Assembly (NCBI GenBank): GCA_964016885.1
Contig: OZ024741.1
Coordinates: 137,144,001-137,208,000 of the forward strand
DNA length: 64,000 nucleotides
Source of the DNA: Eledone cirrhosa
Lineage: Eukaryota
Direction of reading: 5' to 3'
In this document: positions 59,096 through 64,000 of the stretch, piece after piece
Numbering within the stretch: the stretch's first letter is position 1
Layout of the letters: every line of letters starts with the position of its first letter
The notes under the pieces: model-generated
What the model was told of the DNA's origin: nothing
Seen by the model: the letters and a program-made list of their open reading frames with translations, nothing else
Databases searched by the model: none
Program-made: the position numbers and the translations under genes

Positions 59096-60364
59096 TCTTG
59101 TGTTTGAAAAGCGAACTTCTTGTAGCAACATAAACGAGATTGGAAATGCATTGTGTATGTGTGTATGTTTGTGAGCGTAAATTTTAAAGAGTTACCGACG
59201 TACACACATATATATATATATATAAATATATATATAAACATACATAACGTTTTAATATAGTTGATATAGGTGGTTACTAATTATTAAATAGAATTACTGA
59301 CTTAATTTTAAAAAAAAATTGATCTTCGATAAAGCAAGCGAAAAGTTTGTTGGTTTCTTTTGAAAATGAAATAAGTTAGATACGAATTTCGATTATTTTA
59401 GACTTCTTTAACTACACCTGATTTGATTAACTGTAGAAAATCATATTATATTATATTATGTATGTATGTATGTATGTATGTATGTATGTATGTATGTATG
59501 TATGTATGTATGTATGTATGTATGTATGTATGTATGTATGTATGTATGAGATGACCCCTTAGCCTTTGTCAAGGCAGAATTCTAGAAGGAAACTCTGATA
59601 TAACACCTGCAACCCTGATGGTATCCAATGATGTTGACTTGTTCTTCTTTTTGGTAAATATCATCTTGGTTAAGAGAGTGGGACTGGCTTTGTGCAGTGC
59701 CTTTGCTCACTATAAAAGCTTCACGGCACAGGCATTGCTTTATATCTGGAGATCTCTGATCTCTCTACACTTGTCGTCACATGGTACCATGGGCCCAGCA
59801 CTATGTGTCAATAATTGTCACAAGTGTAGTGTTTGTACCAGAGTTTTCAAGTCGCTGGCTGGGCTAAAAAGTCACACTCGTTCAGCACATCGGTAGGGGA
59901 TCTCCTACATGGATATAAAGTAGTGGCCGTACTCGAAAACGAGTTGGCAGCCACCATGTATGTATGTGTATATATGTATATATGTATATATATATACATA
60001 TGTGTGTGTGTATGTAAAAGGTAAACAGAAATAACAACATAATCGGTACAGTATATGGAAGGGATATATTAGGTTAACGCTTGGTATAGCAGTCGCGCGG
60101 TTAAACCACTGGGAGTGAAGTACCCCTAGCCTTTGTCAGGGCATTCTTCTAGGAGAAGGTAACTCAGGAAACTGGGATAACTCTGACATAAAACCTGCGG
60201 CTCAGTAGTTACCGATGATGTTCATCTTTTCTTCTTTTTGGGTTATAGCTACTGTCGCTCAGAGAATGGGATTGGGTCAGTGCACAGTCTTTCCTCACTT
60301 TAAAAAATATCTCACGCACAGGCATTGCACGATAGCATTAATTGAAAATTGATAATCAGTAATA

Positions 60365-61444
60365 CTGTGCTTGGATCCCATTTGTTGGTAAAAATGTTCA
60401 TCAACAGCATATATGCCGTCACCATCACTACGATACTGGTTCCCAGCCAAGTGTTTTTCATGTTGGGGAACAGATGATTATCTGGTGGGGCTAAATCAGA
60501 ATAGGAAGAGTGAACAACCAGTTCAAAGCCACAACCACGCACAGCAGACATTGAAGTCAAGAACTTGTGTGCTGGAACAGTATCCTAATGAAACAAGAAC
60601 CCTTTCGTCAGTTTTTCTGGACTATTGGTCTTGATAGCCTTTCCTAACTGCCTCAGCAAGTTGGCATGATGCTCTCCATTGATTATGTGGCTCTTGAATA
60701 TAATCAATAAACACAATGCCTTTCTCATTTGCCCAAACTAAGGTCATCACCATCCTTGCAGATGAAACGACCATGGCCAATTTTGGAGCAGGTGAAGAGA
60801 GGTGTTTCCACTGCATGGATTGTCTCATTGTCTCTGGCTGAAAGTGATGAACCAAACACTTATCCTGAGTTATAAAACGTTCTAGGAAACCATCTAGATT
60901 TGCCTCAAGCAATATCAAAATTTCCCATGATGTGATCAACCTGGTGTCAGAAGACGTAGCACCCACCGAGCAAAATATTCTCAATTCTCTCACAGGATAT
61001 GCATGGGCTATTTGATTTACAGTCAATCGCCTGTCATCCATCAACATGTAGTGAAAACGATCAATGTTTTCCTTGGTGGTGGCAGTTGCAGGACGTCCAA
61101 ATTTTGGGTCATCTTCAAGACTCTTCCTTCCCGTCCTAAATTCAGCTGCTCACTTTTGCACTGTTGATAAAGCTGGAGCACAATCTCCTTATGTAGCAAC
61201 CATGTCAGCATAAATGTCCTTAGGGGCTAAACACTTTTTCTGCACTTGATAACACCCCGATGCCAAAGTTTGTCCATTTTCAAGAGAAGTCACTACTAGT
61301 TACTTTTTAAGCCATCTTTGAACAGTCATGTCAGTTTAACTGAAAACAAAACCAATCAACAAGAAGAGATGAAATTAATGTATGTAAAATTGCACAGCTC
61401 TAGCCTTCATAGTAAGCCTATGAACTTTTCAGCCCACACTCGTA
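60365..61444 (-). mobile_element. Decayed mariner (Tc1/mariner) transposon, one TIR retained
   Basis: Minus strand: TA-CGAGTGTGGGCTGAAAAGTTCATA TIR-like end (61444-61419); MDK..HRGVIK; EFRTGR.SLEDDP..GRP; DDRRLTV; ITQDKCLVHHFQPETMRQSMQW; YSDLAPPDNHLFPNMK (decayed YSPDLAPxD). Confidence 0.88.
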
Positions 61445-62329
61445 GTGACATGCGTTGTGCCTTGGGCATTTTAAACTTGGCGAAGCCCATCCCTTCTCCA
61501 TGTCTGAACACACTGATTTATGGAAGTGAGAAAGGGATATAGAGGAAAAAGTGACTGTAATACTGGACTGGTACTTTTTTATCGTCCTCGGAAGGATGAA
61601 AGGCAAAGTTAACTCGGCAGAATTTGAACTTACAAACAACGCAAAGTATTATGTACTATGTTCTAACGATTTTGCCAATTCGCCGCCTAGATTAAATTAA
61701 ACTAACTTTATAACATTGTATGATAATTACTAATGCCCAGCGGTCTTATTCCTAACTCTTACATTCTGAGTTCAAATTTCCCCGAGATCAAATTCGTTAT
61801 ATTATTATATTGTCTGATCGAAGAATTGTTTTCACAATCTGTGTTTTTGGTACATCCCAGAGTATGGTTGCTTTGGTATCTTCTTCTTCTTCTTCTTCTT
61901 CTTCTTCTTCTTCTTCTTCTTGAATCATCTTGCTCGTGGTCTACTCACTGGGTCTCATGCGATTCTTTTCTGATACATTCTAACCATAACCACATGTCCG
62001 TAATATTGGAACTGTGATCTTTCAATCCGGTGAAGTAGCTGATCTACCTGTAGCGACTCCATGATCTCCTACCCATGTACTCCATTCCAATCGCTTATAT
62101 TCGTGATCTTATTGTCCCAAATGTGAAAAAATATAGATTCCTTTTTAATAAAAGTAGTTGATTGGCAAAATTGTCGGATTAAACATGACTCGGTTAGCCT
62201 ACCTTTCGTCCTTACGGATTCAATAAAATAAAATACTAGTAACATACTGGAGTAGATTTAATCGACTTTATTCTCCCCCAAAATTCTTCACCTTATGCTT
62301 AAATCAGAAACCATTATTATCATCATTAT

Positions 62330-62520
62330 TAGGGCGGTGGATTGGCAGTATCAGTAAAGGGTCGGACATCATGCTTTGACGCATAGAGTTACGGCCCTTG
62401 CCATTCTGAGTTCAAATCCCGCCAAGGTTAACTTTGCCTTTCATCGTTACGGGGTCTATAAAATAAAGTACCAGTAATGCACTGGGCAATTGCTGGCCTT
62501 GTGCCAAAAGTAGAAATAAT
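62330..62520 (+). mobile_element. tRNA-derived SINE (family of 10036-10222)
   Basis: agggcggtggattggcagtatcagtaaagggtcggac...ctgagttcaaatcccgcc...aaagtaccagtaatgcactggg...agtagaaataat. Confidence 0.9.
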
Positions 62521-62569
62521 TATTATCATATAATTATTATCATCATTATTATTATTGTTTATTGTTATA

Positions 62570-62880
62570 GAGTCTCAGTCATTGATGCTATTTAACTGGA
62601 ATGTTTGTTGAAATGAATATCAAGCCGCTACATGCACCCTCAGACATTCAGGACGCATCGGAGGGTTCTTGCTGTTCCCAGCAAGCATGCCTTTTGAAGT
62701 GGTCCAAAAAGCGGGGCTGGACTAATCTTCTTTAACCATCCTTGGAAACTCTTTGAGATAGTACCTAGTGCGCCTATGACAATCGCGACGACCTTGATTT
62801 CATGGCAGTTCCAAATCCTTTTTAACTCCCACTTTAAACCCTGGTATCGGTTAATTTTCTCCCTCTCCTTTTCTTGCACA
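62570..62880 (-). mobile_element. Short 5'-truncated R4/Dong-type LINE copy
   Basis: QEKEREKINRYQGLKWELKRIW...IVIGALGTI...LQKACLLGTARTLRCVLNV, plus a 3' UTR and degenerate (TAA)n tail. Confidence 0.88.
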
Positions 62881-64000
62881 TTATTATTGTTCTTTGAGTC
62901 TCAGTCATTGATGTTAGTTGACTGGAAAGTTTGTTGAAATGAATATCAAGCCACTACCTGCAGCCTCAGATATTCAGGACGTATCGGAGGGTTCTTGCTG
63001 TTCCCAGCAAGCATGCCTTTTGAAGCGTTCCAAAAAGCGTGGCGGGGCCAATTTTCTTTAACCATCCCTGAAAACTTTTTGAGATAGTACCTAGTGCGCC
63101 TATGACAATCGGGACCACTTTGACTTCATGGCAGTTCCAAATCCTTTTTACCTCCCACTTTAAGTCCTGGTATCGGTTAATCTTCTCCCTCTCCTTCTCT
63201 TGCACTCTCGTGTCGAATGGGCAGGCCACATCCACAATCAGGCACGATCTTTTTTCCTTGTCCCAAACCACCAGGTCAGGTCTATTGTGTTCCAGTTTCT
63301 TGTCCGTCTGTATCCTAAAATCCCACAGCACCTTCACCTGATCGTTTTCTATCACCGACTCTGGCTTATGCTCATACCACTTCTCAGAATGTGGTAAATT
63401 GTTTACTTTGCATAGGTGCCAGTGGATCACCTTGCCCATCACATCATGTCACCAGCCTTTAGAGTGAGTCTGGGCTAGGTGTTTACACTCGGATACAATG
63501 TGAGCCACAGTCTCCTCTCTCTCTCCATAGATCCTGCACAGTGGACTAGCCTCCTCCTTGTAAATATGGTGTTTCAGCCACTTCGTTTTGAGGGCCTGCT
63601 CTTGCGAAGCCATTAGCATTCCTTCTGTAGCCTTTTTAAAGTCTCCTCTTTTCAACCAGTTCCATGTCTGTGGATCTCTAAATTCAGTTTTCTCAAAGAA
63701 GGCACTATGAAGGGATTTTTCATGAAAGTTGCTCTTTCTCCTTGTTATTTCTTCCTTGGACATCCCCTGGTTTATTGTCCTCTCCTTCAGTACAATTCTG
63801 AGCATTGGCTCATTACTATCAGTCACGTATTTGTGTAGGTTGTTTTTCTCCATCTGAACACAGTCCTCTATGCTGATAAGACCTCTTCCACCTTCAGATC
63901 TCCTTATGTAGAGTCTATCGACATCAATCCTCTTGTGGAACATGTTGTAGATAGTCAATAGCTTCCTAGTCTTCCTATCCATTTCTTTTTGTTCAGCAAC
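62881..64000 (-). mobile_element. R4/Dong-type non-LTR retrotransposon 3' part (RT thumb, CCHC knuckle, PD-(D/E)xK endonuclease), frameshifted, continues beyond window
   Basis: DRKTRKLLT...DRLYIRRSEGGRGL...TEGMLMASQEQAL...CRIYGEREETVAHIVSEC | RHD...VLWDFRIQTDKKLEHNRPDLVV...IVDVACPFD...EKINRYQDL...VPIVIGALG. Confidence 0.92.

Overview
This is AT-rich eukaryotic (animal) genomic DNA, most likely a mollusc and probably a coleoid cephalopod such as octopus; that is inferred from the SINE families, the dense (TA)n/(CA)n/(GA)n tracts and the mollusc-type receptor sequence. The only host gene I can support is a minus-strand GABA-A receptor beta (LCCH3-like) subunit. Its last two coding exons are at 36059-35818 and 22232-21852, with a 13.6 kb intron between them; upstream exons were not found in the window. 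The rest is repeat-derived: Penelope-like retroelements (Naiad-type and Neptune-type), RTE-type and R4/Dong-type LINE fragments, a decayed mariner, Helitron remnants, many tRNA-derived SINEs, and mini- and microsatellites. The most striking structure is a recurring architecture seen more than a dozen times: (TA)n - arm - inverted arm - one-sided tail - (TA)n. These fold-back insertions run from about 0.1 to 4.6 kb, appear to be built from Penelope 3' ends, and many carry minimal hammerhead ribozyme motifs. Three families have a non-canonical U3-A8 covariant core (UUGAAAA). Most ORF-track entries are microsatellite artefacts.
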